From Spirochaetia bacterium (lineage in GTDB: Bacteria > Spirochaetota > Spirochaetia > CADAEX01): 64,000 bases of DNA. The stretch is from the NCBI GenBank assembly GCA_963662265.2, contig CAXXHA010000028.1, positions 1 to 64,000 on the forward strand, given 5' to 3'. The stretch's first letter is position 1, and the number at the start of each line of letters is the position of its first letter. A model generated the notes under the pieces. The model searched no databases, had not been told where the DNA came from, and saw only the letters and a list, made by a program, of their open reading frames with translations. A program made the translations under genes and the position numbers. Shown here one piece after another: positions 19,673 to 29,850 of this stretch.

Positions 19673-20287
19673 ATGGGAAAATCAAATAATCCGCGGGGCG
19701 ACAACTACTGGACCCAGAAAGCAAAAAAAGAGGGGTATCCGGCAAGATCAGTTTACAAACTGATGGAAATAAACAAAAAATACAGACTCATAAAGCCTGA
19801 CAGCAGGGTACTTGATATCGGATCTGCCCCGGGCAGCTGGAGCCTCTATGTGCTGAAGACAATAAGCGACAAAGGTTATCTTACTGCCGTTGACCTGCAG
19901 GATATGAAAATAAACTGGACTAAAAACAACTATACTTTTTTCAAAGGCGATGCCTTCTCCGATGAAAACCTTGAAAAGATAAATTCCTACGGCCCCTACA
20001 CTCTTATTTTAAGCGATGCAGCGCCTGCAACTACCGGAAACAGGTCAATCGATACGGAAAGATCTCTACAGCTTGTCCATTCCGTGCTGGATACAGCTGA
20101 AAAACTTCTTGCACCCGGAGGAAGTACAGCAATAAAAATTTTCCAGGGGGGAGGAGAGAAAGAGGCTGTGGACAGGATGAAAAAGCTTTTCAAACAGGTG
20201 AAAATATTCAAGCCAGAGGCAGTAAGAAAGATATCTTTTGAAACCTACCTGATAGGGACCGGAAGGATACAGAACAGGGAAGAGTAA
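19673..20287 (+). CDS. rlmE: 23S rRNA Um2552 2'-O-methyltransferase RlmE/FtsJ
   Basis: AKKEGYPARSVYKL, LDIGSAPGSW, LSDAAP, KIFQG, KPEA..SFE.Y motifs. Confidence 0.95.
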   Translation: MGKSNNPRGDNYWTQKAKKEGYPARSVYKLMEINKKYRLIKPDSRVLDIGSAPGSWSLYVLKTISDKGYLTAVDLQDMKINWTKNNYTFFKGDAFSDENLEKINSYGPYTLILSDAAPATTGNRSIDTERSLQLVHSVLDTAEKLLAPGGSTAIKIFQGGGEKEAVDRMKKLFKQVKIFKPEAVRKISFETYLIGTGRIQNREE

Positions 20288-20369
20288 AAGCGCAGAATAT
20301 TATTAATATTTAACCTGCTCCCCTTCGATTATTAAAATATACAGAAGTAAAAAACCCCGGAGAAAAGAG

Positions 20370-21050
20370 TTGAAAAAAATAATAAGCCTTGTAATTCTTT
20401 CCGTTTCAGTTTTTATGTCCTGTACAACAACAGGGTCCGGAAGCATCAGTGACAGGGAAGAGGCCTTTTCCCTGAGAGAAGATAAAAAAGAAATCCGGGA
20501 AATTCAGAGTCTTTTAAAAGAAGCTGCATACAAGTACAGGGGAAGCAGTACTCTAACTGTAAGAGGACGGAAATTCAGAACAGACTGCTCCGGTGTTGTG
20601 ACTGCTCTTTATTACTACGCAGGCATTGATCTTCAGAAATATTACCCCGAATACACAGGATCCGGCACTGAAAGAATCTATAAAATGCTTGAAGAGAGGG
20701 ATCTTCTCGAAAAATCATGGCTCCCCGAGACAGGAGACATAATTTTCTGGGACAACACATATGATAAAAACAGAAACGGAAAAAGAGATGATATTCTGAC
20801 ACATATAGGAATGGTTGTGGAAAGAGACAAATACGGGAATATTGATTACATACACCACAACTACAAAAGCGGAATAGTCATAGAGAAGATGAATATCAGG
20901 TATAAGAATGATCACACATGGTCAAAGAAAGGGGTTGTAACAATAATAAACTCCCCTATGCGGAAAAAGGGCGGTCCAGCAAGAAGCAGAAGCAAGTGGC
21001 TCTCCGGCCAGCTTTACAACTCATCGGGAAAAGGGTACCTGGTTTATTAA
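20370..21050 (+). CDS. NlpC/P60 (CHAP-like) lipoprotein peptidoglycan hydrolase
   Basis: Lipobox FMS-C; DCSG catalytic Cys, GDIIFWDNTYD, THIG. Confidence 0.85.
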   Translation: MKKIISLVILSVSVFMSCTTTGSGSISDREEAFSLREDKKEIREIQSLLKEAAYKYRGSSTLTVRGRKFRTDCSGVVTALYYYAGIDLQKYYPEYTGSGTERIYKMLEERDLLEKSWLPETGDIIFWDNTYDKNRNGKRDDILTHIGMVVERDKYGNIDYIHHNYKSGIVIEKMNIRYKNDHTWSKKGVVTIINSPMRKKGGPARSRSKWLSGQLYNSSGKGYLVY

Positions 21051-21163
21051 TTATAAATATGAAAAATTGAACAAAAGAAATTCAGACAGAATTTCTGAAA
21101 ATATCAAAAAGATTGGAAATGGGTTAACAAAATTAAACAGATATCAGCAAGGCTGATGATAAA

Positions 21164-21676
21164 TTACTGATTCTCTTCCTTTTTCTTATCCAGACTGCTC
21201 TGAAGCAGTTCAACACAGCTCTTAAACACGGGAATATTCTTCTCTGAAACCCTCATCAGTGCCTTGTGAGCTTCAAGCATCATAAGTGTTCTTTCCCTTT
21301 CCTTTATTTCAGCAGGTGATATTTCTGCAATATCACTGAATGCATTTGCTTCATCCTTTACAATGACAAAGACTTCATCAAATCCCACACTTTCAAGAAC
21401 AGTATTAATCTCATTATTGGGGGAATAAATTGTTACCTTCTTGCAGTAGTTTTCACTCATAAACTCAGCAATCCTGGCAAGAAATCCCAGGTTTGTACTG
21501 TCTATATACTCAGCTTCTGAAAGGTCAATCATTGCATCTTCAAAACCCTTTTCAACTTCAAGAAGCTGATCCAGAAACGCATCAAATTTCCCACTGGAAA
21601 TATATTTAAGGTTGCCGGTCAGTTTGAAAAAGACCTTTTCCCCTTCCTTTGCAAAAAAATATTTCCCTTCAGCCAT
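21164..21676 (-). CDS. STAS-domain anti-sigma-factor antagonist (RssC-like)
   Basis: IDLSEAEYIDSTNLG phospho-Ser motif; C-terminal LEAHKALM..SEKN extension. Confidence 0.88.
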   Translation of the reverse strand: MAEGKYFFAKEGEKVFFKLTGNLKYISSGKFDAFLDQLLEVEKGFEDAMIDLSEAEYIDSTNLGFLARIAEFMSENYCKKVTIYSPNNEINTVLESVGFDEVFVIVKDEANAFSDIAEISPAEIKERERTLMMLEAHKALMRVSEKNIPVFKSCVELLQSSLDKKKEENQ

Positions 21677-21677
21677 A

Positions 21678-22985
21678 TCATCCCCCCTTCCTGATCATAA
21701 GGAAAGTAACATCATCCGGAAAAGAAGTCCTGTTGTCAAGCCCCATGATATTTACTGTCTTATCAATATCACTTCCGCCATGCTCAAGAAGGGAATGGAG
21801 AAACAGGGTCTTCTCATCAGTAGTCTTCTGGTTCAGAATTTCAAGGATACCATCGGAAATCATCATCATGGAGAAACTTTCAGGAAGCTCCAGTTCCTCT
21901 GCCCTGAAAATAGGCGACTTGAAAAGCCCTACAGGAGTACCTTTTCTGGAAATAATCTTTATACCGCTTCCGTCATGGTAATAGGGATACGGGAACTGGC
22001 CGCAGTTTGTATAATAGAGACGGTTAGATTCTGTATCTATTATGCCGTAAAATATTGTCAGGTACTTGCCGAAATTTTCCCTTATAAGTTCCTCATTCAG
22101 CCGTTTGCAGACAGCTTCAGGTTTAAGAATCATCGGATTATTTTCAAGCCTAAATTTTTCAAGCGCATTATCAACAAAATTTTTAAGAAGAACAGTTACA
22201 ATGGCAGAGGAAACACCGTGCCCGGAAACATCAGCTATATAAAAGCCTACATATTTTTCATTTATTTCAAAATAATCAAGAAAATCGCCGCTCAATGTCA
22301 GGGAGGGATACAGATGCCTGCTGAACTGGTAATCCTGGATCTTCAGCACAGGATCGGGAAGAAGCTTGTTCTGCATCTTGCGCCCTGCCTCCTGGTCTTC
22401 CTGAAGCAATGAGAGAGTGTATTTCAGTTTTTTGTTGGATTCGTTCAGATCAGAAACCCTGTCTGCAACTTTCTGCTCAAGAACATTGTTAAGCTCAGAA
22501 ATCTCATTAATATATTCGAAATTTCTGAGAGCAGATATTATGGAAGTAAACAGTTTCTGTGCAGAAAGCTCTGTCTTTTCCTTGTAATCATTTATATCAT
22601 AATTAATAATTACTTCCCGTTCAGGAGCATAACCAGGCTGGCCGGTTCTTAAAATTATTCTGAGAAGCTTGTTTTTAAGCTCATCGCGGATATATTCCAC
22701 AAGCTTGAGTCCGGAAGTATCCTCTTCCATGACAACATCGACAAGCGCAAGTGAAATATCATTATCTTTCTTAAGAATTTCCTTTGCTTCAGATGCGGAA
22801 TAAGCACTCATGAAATCAAGTTTCTTATTGTTGTATTCAAGGTCCCGCAGTACCATTTTTGTAACCTGATGCACCTGGGGCTCATCATCAACAATCAGGA
22901 TATTCCAGGTCCCTGCACTTCCGGATGTGTCATTCTCTTTCTCTTCGGCAAATATTAGAAGATCTTCCTGATTCAAAAAACTCAC
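21678..22985 (-). CDS. Response regulator with receiver domain and PP2C/SpoIIE phosphatase
   Basis: ILIVDDE, VDVVME and RTGQPG in the receiver; SGDFLDY, ADVSGHG, SDG and DDVT in the PP2C domain. Confidence 0.92.
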   Translation of the reverse strand: MSFLNQEDLLIFAEEKENDTSGSAGTWNILIVDDEPQVHQVTKMVLRDLEYNNKKLDFMSAYSASEAKEILKKDNDISLALVDVVMEEDTSGLKLVEYIRDELKNKLLRIILRTGQPGYAPEREVIINYDINDYKEKTELSAQKLFTSIISALRNFEYINEISELNNVLEQKVADRVSDLNESNKKLKYTLSLLQEDQEAGRKMQNKLLPDPVLKIQDYQFSRHLYPSLTLSGDFLDYFEINEKYVGFYIADVSGHGVSSAIVTVLLKNFVDNALEKFRLENNPMILKPEAVCKRLNEELIRENFGKYLTIFYGIIDTESNRLYYTNCGQFPYPYYHDGSGIKIISRKGTPVGLFKSPIFRAEELELPESFSMMMISDGILEILNQKTTDEKTLFLHSLLEHGGSDIDKTVNIMGLDNRTSFPDDVTFLMIRKGG

Positions 22986-23120
22986 TCCATTTTTTTAAAC
23001 TTCATAATAATTCTAATACAAATAGAAGTCAATAAAGTTATTAAATTAGAAATCTTTAACATGATTTTTTTATGAATAAATGTTATGCTAATGTTAAAAC
23101 TTATAAAAAGGGGGATTCAA

Positions 23121-23795
23121 ATGAATATTCTGATTTTTGGACCTAATGGAAGCGGCAAAGGAACTATGGGTGCTATTATTAAAGAAAAATATAAAATGGC
23201 TCATATTGAATCAGGCGCTATATTCAGGGAAAACATCAAGGGAGGAACAGACCTCGGAAAAAAAGCCAAAGAATTTATCGACAGAGGCGACCTTGTTCCT
23301 GATGAAATTACAATTCCTATGATTCTTGACAGACTTCAGAAAGATGACTGTAAAGACGGCTGGCTGCTCGATGGATTTCCAAGAAACAAGGTACAGGCTG
23401 AAAAACTTGATGAAGCTCTTAAAGCATCAGAAATCAAACTTGGTTATGTTGTGGAAATTCTTCTCGACAGAGAAATTGCAAGACAGAGAATTATGGGAAG
23501 AAGACTCTGTGAAAACGACAACAACCATCCAAACAATATCTTCTTTGATGCTATCAAACCGGATGGAGACAAATGCAGGGTCTGCGGAGGCGCACTTTCA
23601 ACAAGAGCAGATGACCAGGATGCAGATGCTATCAACAAGAGACACGGAATCTACTATGATGCAGAAACAGGAACTCTTGCTGCTGCATACTACTTCAAAG
23701 ATGTTGCTTCAAAAGCAGGTGTTAAATACATTGAAGTTCCGGGTGAAAAAAGTGTTAAAGAAGTTTCAGAACTTCTTCTTTCAAAACTCGACTAA
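23121..23795 (+). CDS. adk: Adenylate kinase with metal-binding LID
   Basis: GPNGSGKGT P-loop, GDLVPD, LDGFPR. The ATG at 23121 has an AGGGGG RBS. Confidence 0.96.
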   Translation: MNILIFGPNGSGKGTMGAIIKEKYKMAHIESGAIFRENIKGGTDLGKKAKEFIDRGDLVPDEITIPMILDRLQKDDCKDGWLLDGFPRNKVQAEKLDEALKASEIKLGYVVEILLDREIARQRIMGRRLCENDNNHPNNIFFDAIKPDGDKCRVCGGALSTRADDQDADAINKRHGIYYDAETGTLAAAYYFKDVASKAGVKYIEVPGEKSVKEVSELLLSKLD

Positions 23796-23834
23796 ATCTG
23801 ATTATAGAATCAGTTACAGAATCAAAAGATATAT

Positions 23835-23866
23835 GCTGCCAGGTTTAACAGCCTGCAGCTTTTTTT
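23835..23866 (+). terminator. Intrinsic terminator of adk
   Basis: GCTGCCAGG...CCTGCAGC followed by T7. Confidence 0.7.
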
Positions 23867-24180
23867 ATTTTTAGAGATTATTACAGCCTTTCCGGACAGG
23901 TTGTTCCCCCTTACCGGGCAATAAAGCTCCGAGCAACCAGGTACACCTTTCCGGGTTCACAAGGAAAGGACAATATCGGGAAAAAATACAGAACGTAAAG
24001 TTATTATACCTGAAAGGGCCAACTGTATTGCAGCATCTTAACCTTTACCGCAAAGGCAGAATATCCCATCCGAAGAACAGGAACTGTATAGAGAACAGCA
24101 GCTATCCGGGTATAGGAATTATCCTGACAACAATAGCTATACAGGTACAGATGTGAATACTGTATTGTTTCATCCGTAAA

Positions 24181-24338
24181 TCAACTACCCCGCTGGCGTC
24201 CGTTCCAGCTGGTACAGGCTTTTTACAAGCTGCGGAGTATTGTCAAACAGACGAGAGGAGTGACCGCGTTGTACACAGGCATTCCCAAGAGAGTGAAGAC
24301 AAGAAGGTAAGCCTTATCAGGCCCGACCTGCGAATAAA
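24181..24338 (+). repeat. Dispersed intergenic repeat, copy B
   Basis: Collinear with copy C through GTATTGTCAAAC (24237), GAGTGAAGAC (24291) and GACCTGCGAATAAA (24325). Confidence 0.85.
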
Positions 24339-24399
24339 AGAAGGTATCGAAAACTGAAAGCAGTTTCTGATACCCCTGATTAGTTGATATAAAAATTAT

Positions 24400-25818
24400 C
24401 TACAGCTTATCGATAAGCATTGAGCATTTTCCTGAAGGTATGGGAAGAGTCTTCTTCTTCAATCCCAGGATATTGATTGTAAAGTAGTAGAGCTTTTCAG
24501 ATTCAAGCCTGATCTCCCAGCCCCGCCCGCTTTTATTTCCAAGAATTGTAATCATATTTCTTTTAAGTGAAAGGTCTTCAATACCCATTATCTCAAGTGT
24601 CGGGATAATCCAGTCAACAGTTTTTCTAGGAAGACTGATATAGAGTCCTATCACATTTTCTATCATAAGCGTAATTGTGCTGAGGGCAGTATATGCAAGG
24701 AAATTTATTCTCGGGAATTCCTCGTTATCATCCCATTTCGCAGGGCCTTCTTTAAGGGGAGAATAAGCCTCATAGATATTACCCTTTCTTTCCCCTTCAG
24801 GATGAAGAGTATCGAGAATATAGTACAGGTGCCGGATTGAACATTCCCGTGCCAGATCATTCCTGGCATATTTCTCAAGCCCCTTGATAAGAATAAATGT
24901 AAGGTGGGGAAATACAGATCCCCGGAAACCGTTTCCGTTGCTGTCAAACCTCTCATCAGTAGTTGCAAGAGAGGGAAAAGGATTTTCCGTACCGAAAGTC
25001 TCATCAGTCAGTTTTTCGATAAGAGCATTCGCCTTGTCTTCATTGGGAATTTCCGCAAGCATTGTCCAGTATGATGCAATTGTCTGAACCTTTACACGCT
25101 CCTCATTTTCATCAAGATCATAGTAAAACTGATCCTCTTCATCCCACATGAGATTATTTATTCTTGTCTTGAGAGAAAAATATTTCCTTTTGTATCTGAA
25201 GCTGATTTCCTTGTCATTGAGAATATCACCGATAGCGGAGAGGTAAAGGGCATTCACTGCCTGCATTGTATTGAAGTCTATTAAATACTTTGCACCATCT
25301 CTCGGGGAGTTTCCCATCTGAACAGACGACAGGGGAACAGCATAAAGCCCGTTCTCTTCCTGAAAAGTATCTTCAAGCCATGAATAATATTTTTCAAGAA
25401 CAGGGACAACTTCCTTGAGTCTTTTTTTCTGACCAATCTTGTGGTAAATATTATATTCTGCCCATGAAAAAAGAGGAGCAGAAACTCCTTCGGGATTATC
25501 ATCAGTTAATACCGGGGATCCACTCTCCTCGCTGTACCGGCCCCTTATTGCCCCTGATTCCTCCTGTTTTGAATAAAAATTATCCAGCGCTGGAGTAGAC
25601 TGAAAAATATTATTGCTGTAAACAAGAAAAAATGTAGAAAGGCAGGCTTCATACTGGTCTATATAGGAGTTATCCTGATAGTTAAAATATTTTGACTGAA
25701 AGCCGTTATCTCTGGTTCCTTTTTTCCAGAAATCATAAAGCCATGTCCAGGTCTTGTTGTAAATATCAACAAAATCCTGGTCATAAAAATGTACAATTGG
25801 AAACCCAGTTTTGATCAC
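24400..25818 (-). CDS. (alpha/alpha)6 glycoside hydrolase, GH63/MGH1/trehalase-like
   Basis: APLFSWAEY, MGNSPR, INNLMWDEEDQFYYD, FRGSVFP, IYEAYSP motifs. Confidence 0.8.
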   Translation of the reverse strand: MIKTGFPIVHFYDQDFVDIYNKTWTWLYDFWKKGTRDNGFQSKYFNYQDNSYIDQYEACLSTFFLVYSNNIFQSTPALDNFYSKQEESGAIRGRYSEESGSPVLTDDNPEGVSAPLFSWAEYNIYHKIGQKKRLKEVVPVLEKYYSWLEDTFQEENGLYAVPLSSVQMGNSPRDGAKYLIDFNTMQAVNALYLSAIGDILNDKEISFRYKRKYFSLKTRINNLMWDEEDQFYYDLDENEERVKVQTIASYWTMLAEIPNEDKANALIEKLTDETFGTENPFPSLATTDERFDSNGNGFRGSVFPHLTFILIKGLEKYARNDLARECSIRHLYYILDTLHPEGERKGNIYEAYSPLKEGPAKWDDNEEFPRINFLAYTALSTITLMIENVIGLYISLPRKTVDWIIPTLEIMGIEDLSLKRNMITILGNKSGRGWEIRLESEKLYYFTINILGLKKKTLPIPSGKCSMLIDKL

Positions 25819-26205
25819 CTCAACTCCTCAACTTATATACTAAAAAAGACATAGATTCTATAATATTTAATTATTGAAAAGGTCCTGAATAATTTTCCTT
25901 CCGGCAGATTCATCACCGGAAATCCGGAAAAATTGAGATCCTGCACAGCTATTATGGATGGAATATATTTTCCGCAGCCGAAAAATCTTATATATTTATT
26001 TAGGTACCTGTAAACTCTTTAGAAATAACAACTTATTTTAATGTACAAATTTTTTAGAGAATAATAATATCATACAAATAAAAAAGACAGAAGTCAAATT
26101 TATAAAAAAGATTTATTACGAGGACAAAAATTTTTAAGGATATTGAGAGCATTATAATTAATAATTAAGATTATTACAAACATAAAATAACGGAGTATTT
26201 GGTTT

Positions 26206-28164
26206 ATGAAAAATTTTCTTCCAATGACACGTGAAGAACTTGCAAAAACGAGAAAAGAAAATGCGGATTTTATTATAGTCACAGGGGATGCCTATGTTGA
26301 CCACCCATCTTTCGGCGCTGCAGTAATCGGAAGAGTACTGGAAAACAGGGGATACAGCGTGGGAATAATCTCACAGCCGGACTGGAAGGAAAAAAAAGAT
26401 TTCATGAAGCTTGGCCGCCCGGCGTTAGGCTTCCTGGTCACATCAGGAAACATAGACTCCATGGTTGCCCATTATACTTCCATGAAAAAGACGAGAAAAT
26501 CAGACATGTATTCCCCTGAAGGAAAAACAGGAATGAGGCCTGACAGGGCTGTCATTGTATATACCTCGATGATCAGGAGCTGCTTTAAAAATATACCGGT
26601 AATTCTGGGGGGGATTGAAGCATCGCTCAGGAGGCTTTCCCATTATGATTACTGGAGCGGAAAAGTAAGAAGAAGCATACTCCTGGATTCAAAGGCAGAT
26701 ATCCTTGTATACGGGATGGGAGAAAGAGCAATAACAGAAATTGCTGACCGGCTTAAAAAGGATGAGGATGTAAAATCAATAAAAGGAATCAGGGGAACTG
26801 TTACAAGATGTTCAGAAAAACCTGTCTATCCCGATGCAGTTTTTCTGAACTCCTATGAGGATATTAAGAAAGATAAAAAACTCTATACGGAAAACTTCAG
26901 AAACGCCTATCACAATACAGACCCGATTAGTGCGAAAATACTGATAGAAAAGGCAGGGGAGCAGTTTGTAATACAAAATCCTCCACAGATGCCGCTTGAA
27001 ACCGGGGAGATGGACAGAGTCTACTCACTCCCGTATATGATGGCTCCGCACCCCTCATACGGAGGAACAGAAATACCTGCATTTAAAGAAGTTGAATTCA
27101 GTATTACCAGCTCAAGGGGATGTTTCGGCAGCTGCAGCTTCTGCGCCCTTGTTTTTCACCAGGGGAGAATCATACAGGCAAGAAGCCATGAATCAATAAT
27201 TGAAAGCGCAGAAGCTCTCACTGAATCAGAAAATTTCAAAGGGTATATTCATGACGTGGGGGGGCCGACAGCTAATTTCAGATCTCCATCCTGCAGAAAA
27301 CAGCTGAAAGCAGGAACCTGCAGAGACAGAAGATGCCTCTTTCCCTCCCCCTGCCCTTCACTTGAACCGGACCACCGGGACTATGTAACACTGCTTCGGA
27401 AACTGAGAAAACTGGACAGGGTAAAAAAAGTGTTTATAAGATCAGGTATCCGCTATGACTATCTTTTGAAAGACCCCGATGTAATAAAAGGAAGAAAAGG
27501 GAATTTTCTTGAAGAACTCTGTGCACACCATGTAAGCGGACAGCTGAAAATTGCACCTGAACATGTTTCAGCTAAAGTGCTGAAGGTGATGGGTAAACCG
27601 GGAAAAGAGATATATCTTGATTTTAAAAAGAAATTTGAATTAATTAACAGAAAAATCGGGAAAAAACAGTTTATTATCCCCTACTTCATATCTTCACACC
27701 CCGGGTCAGGACTGAAAGAGGCGATCGAGCTTGCCCTGTTCCTGAAAAAAGAGGGCTTTATTCCCGACCAGGTGCAGGATTTCTACCCGACTCCGGGAAC
27801 ACTTTCAACCTGTATATATTATACCGGGTTTGACCCCCTCACGGGGGAGGAAATATATGTTCCGAAAACAATTGAGGAAAAGCGGGAACAGAAAGCTCTT
27901 ATCCACTTTCATAAACCGGAGAATCACCAGCTTGTAAAAAAGGCTCTTATCAAGGCTGGCCGGAAAGACCTTATAGGTAAAGGAAGAGACTGCCTTATTC
28001 CGGAATACAGCAGAAAGAATAAAGAAAAAAGTAATAACAAAATAACTGCAGATAATGATTTCAAAGGGAAGGCAGATGGATTTTCCGGCAAGTATAAAAC
28101 TGAAAAACAGAAACAGCAGAGAAGAAACTTCAGGGGGAAAAATACAAAGTCAAAAAGGCAATAA
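26206..28164 (+). CDS. ygiQ: YgiQ-family radical SAM protein (UPF0313)
   Basis: TGDAYVDHPSFG, RGCFGSCSFC (CxxxCxxC), SGIRYD, LKIAPEH, QVQDFYPTP. Confidence 0.95.
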   Translation: MKNFLPMTREELAKTRKENADFIIVTGDAYVDHPSFGAAVIGRVLENRGYSVGIISQPDWKEKKDFMKLGRPALGFLVTSGNIDSMVAHYTSMKKTRKSDMYSPEGKTGMRPDRAVIVYTSMIRSCFKNIPVILGGIEASLRRLSHYDYWSGKVRRSILLDSKADILVYGMGERAITEIADRLKKDEDVKSIKGIRGTVTRCSEKPVYPDAVFLNSYEDIKKDKKLYTENFRNAYHNTDPISAKILIEKAGEQFVIQNPPQMPLETGEMDRVYSLPYMMAPHPSYGGTEIPAFKEVEFSITSSRGCFGSCSFCALVFHQGRIIQARSHESIIESAEALTESENFKGYIHDVGGPTANFRSPSCRKQLKAGTCRDRRCLFPSPCPSLEPDHRDYVTLLRKLRKLDRVKKVFIRSGIRYDYLLKDPDVIKGRKGNFLEELCAHHVSGQLKIAPEHVSAKVLKVMGKPGKEIYLDFKKKFELINRKIGKKQFIIPYFISSHPGSGLKEAIELALFLKKEGFIPDQVQDFYPTPGTLSTCIYYTGFDPLTGEEIYVPKTIEEKREQKALIHFHKPENHQLVKKALIKAGRKDLIGKGRDCLIPEYSRKNKEKSNNKITADNDFKGKADGFSGKYKTEKQKQQRRNFRGKNTKSKRQ

Positions 28165-28196
28165 ATCACCCGAAAAGTTATTAATATAAAATAATT

Positions 28197-28694
28197 TTAT
28201 TTCCGGTCGTAAATCTCAAGGACAAAATCATTGAAATCCTCAGAAGAGGAAAGAATCCATTCCGATTCATCAATTTCAGGAAAATAGACATCTCCCTCGT
28301 AATTCTTCTTCACTTTTGAAATATAGAGCCTGTCTGCATATTTCAGCGTATCTTTGTATACTGCTGCCCCCCCGATGATGAAAAGAGATTCATCCATTGA
28401 TGAAGCAGCATCTTCAGCATCCCTGAATGAGGAAAATATAAAAACATTCTCATTATTCCTGATTTCTTCAGAAATCCTCTCCGGGGCAGAGGTAAGAATA
28501 AAGTTTTTTCTTCCGGGAAGAGGTTTTCCGATTGATTCGAAAGTCTTTCGTCCCATCAGAATAATATTAGACATTGTAGTTTTCTTGAAATGCTTCAGGT
28601 CTTCGGGAATATGCCAGGGGAGCTCATTGCCTTTTCCGATTATCCCCTCACCTGTCATTGCTACAATCAGATTTATTTTTTTATTTTTCTTCAT
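28197..28694 (-). CDS. folA: Dihydrofolate reductase
   Basis: IG.GNELPWHIPEDLKHFK, MGRKTFES, LPGR, IGGA, GDVYFP. Confidence 0.96.
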   Translation of the reverse strand: MKKNKKINLIVAMTGEGIIGKGNELPWHIPEDLKHFKKTTMSNIILMGRKTFESIGKPLPGRKNFILTSAPERISEEIRNNENVFIFSSFRDAEDAASSMDESLFIIGGAAVYKDTLKYADRLYISKVKKNYEGDVYFPEIDESEWILSSSEDFNDFVLEIYDRK

Positions 28695-28896
28695 AATAAT
28701 CTCCCTGACCCTTTTCAGCCCTTTTCAGGGATCAGTTTTTTAATAATAATTTTTCAGCAGAACACTTACCAATAATACCTGGAAAATATTTCTGACCTGT
28801 CCGGAATAAAATACCGGAATATAAAACAGTATTTATCAAAAATAAATACAAACCGTAATATTGAAAGTATTCCTTATTATTAGGAAACTGAAAATA

Positions 28897-29760
28897 TCAG
28901 ACAGCAACCTCAAACTTGATGAAAGGCTGAGGATTGTAGTCTTTCAGCTTAATATCATCAAAATCAAGATCAAAGAAATTCTTGTCAGCAATTTCAAGTG
29001 TCGGGAGTTTTCCCGGTTTTCTTTCAAGCTGACCTTTTATAGCATCTATATGGTTTTCATAAATATGAGCATCAATAAGAGTATGCGCAAATTCTCCTGG
29101 CTGGAAACCTGTTTCCTTTGCAAGCATCATTGTAAGAAGAGAATAGCAGGCAAGATTGAAAGGCACTCCCAGGGCAATATCTGCCGACCTCTGGGTAAGG
29201 TGACAGTTGAGTTTCCCCCCTGTAACATTGAAACAGAAGCTGTAGTGGCACGGAGGAAGAAGACTCTCTGCCGCATTTCCAGGATGCCATGCAGTAACGA
29301 CAAGCCTTCTCAAAGCAGGTGAATCGGGGTTCTTTTTAAGATCATGAAGAGAATCAACAATATATTTTATCTGGTCAAATACTTTTTCCCCTGTTTCAGG
29401 ATCGCGGCTTACCCATTTATCGCCCCAGTTCTCCCCATCCAGTCCTTTTTCAGGCACAGGATAACGTCTCCAGAACCGGCCGTATGCTGTCTGAAGCCTT
29501 CCTTCGCTGTCTGCCCAGGCATCCCAGATTTTTGTATGTTCCCTCAGGGACCGGATATGCTCCTCTCCGGACAGATACCAGAAAACTTCTCTCAGCATGG
29601 AGTTGAAAAAAACTTTTTTTGTTGTAAGAAGAGGATATCCCTCTGATAGATTTACTTTATAAAAGCAAGCAAATGAACTTATAGTGGCAACCCCAGTCCT
29701 GTTTACCTTTCGTTCTCCGTTTTCAAGAACATGCTTTACAAGATCAAGATACTGTTTCAT
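28897..29760 (-). CDS. thyA: Thymidylate synthase
   Basis: NRTG, PLLTTKK, LPPCH, QRSAD..LGVPFN, DAHIYENH. Confidence 0.97.
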   Translation of the reverse strand: MKQYLDLVKHVLENGERKVNRTGVATISSFACFYKVNLSEGYPLLTTKKVFFNSMLREVFWYLSGEEHIRSLREHTKIWDAWADSEGRLQTAYGRFWRRYPVPEKGLDGENWGDKWVSRDPETGEKVFDQIKYIVDSLHDLKKNPDSPALRRLVVTAWHPGNAAESLLPPCHYSFCFNVTGGKLNCHLTQRSADIALGVPFNLACYSLLTMMLAKETGFQPGEFAHTLIDAHIYENHIDAIKGQLERKPGKLPTLEIADKNFFDLDFDDIKLKDYNPQPFIKFEVAV

Positions 29761-29850
29761 TTTTCAACTCCGGATATTTTAATTTCTAAATCAATTTTGA
29801 TAAACATTATTATATAATATAAATACTGTCTACGGCAGCAATAAAATAAT

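Noticed and set aside
21612-22412. 266-aa plus-strand ORF, and similar short alternative ORFs at 10008, 10590, 15616, 18621, 23326, 28861 and 34372
   Set aside because: They overlap well-supported genes antisense or out of frame and show no family features.
24181-24245. TCAACTACCCCGC start resembling IscB omega-RNA/HEARO or IS200/IS605 ends
   Set aside because: Only about 13 nt of resemblance and no IscB, TnpB or TnpA ORF nearby. Kept only as a hint within the repeat finding.
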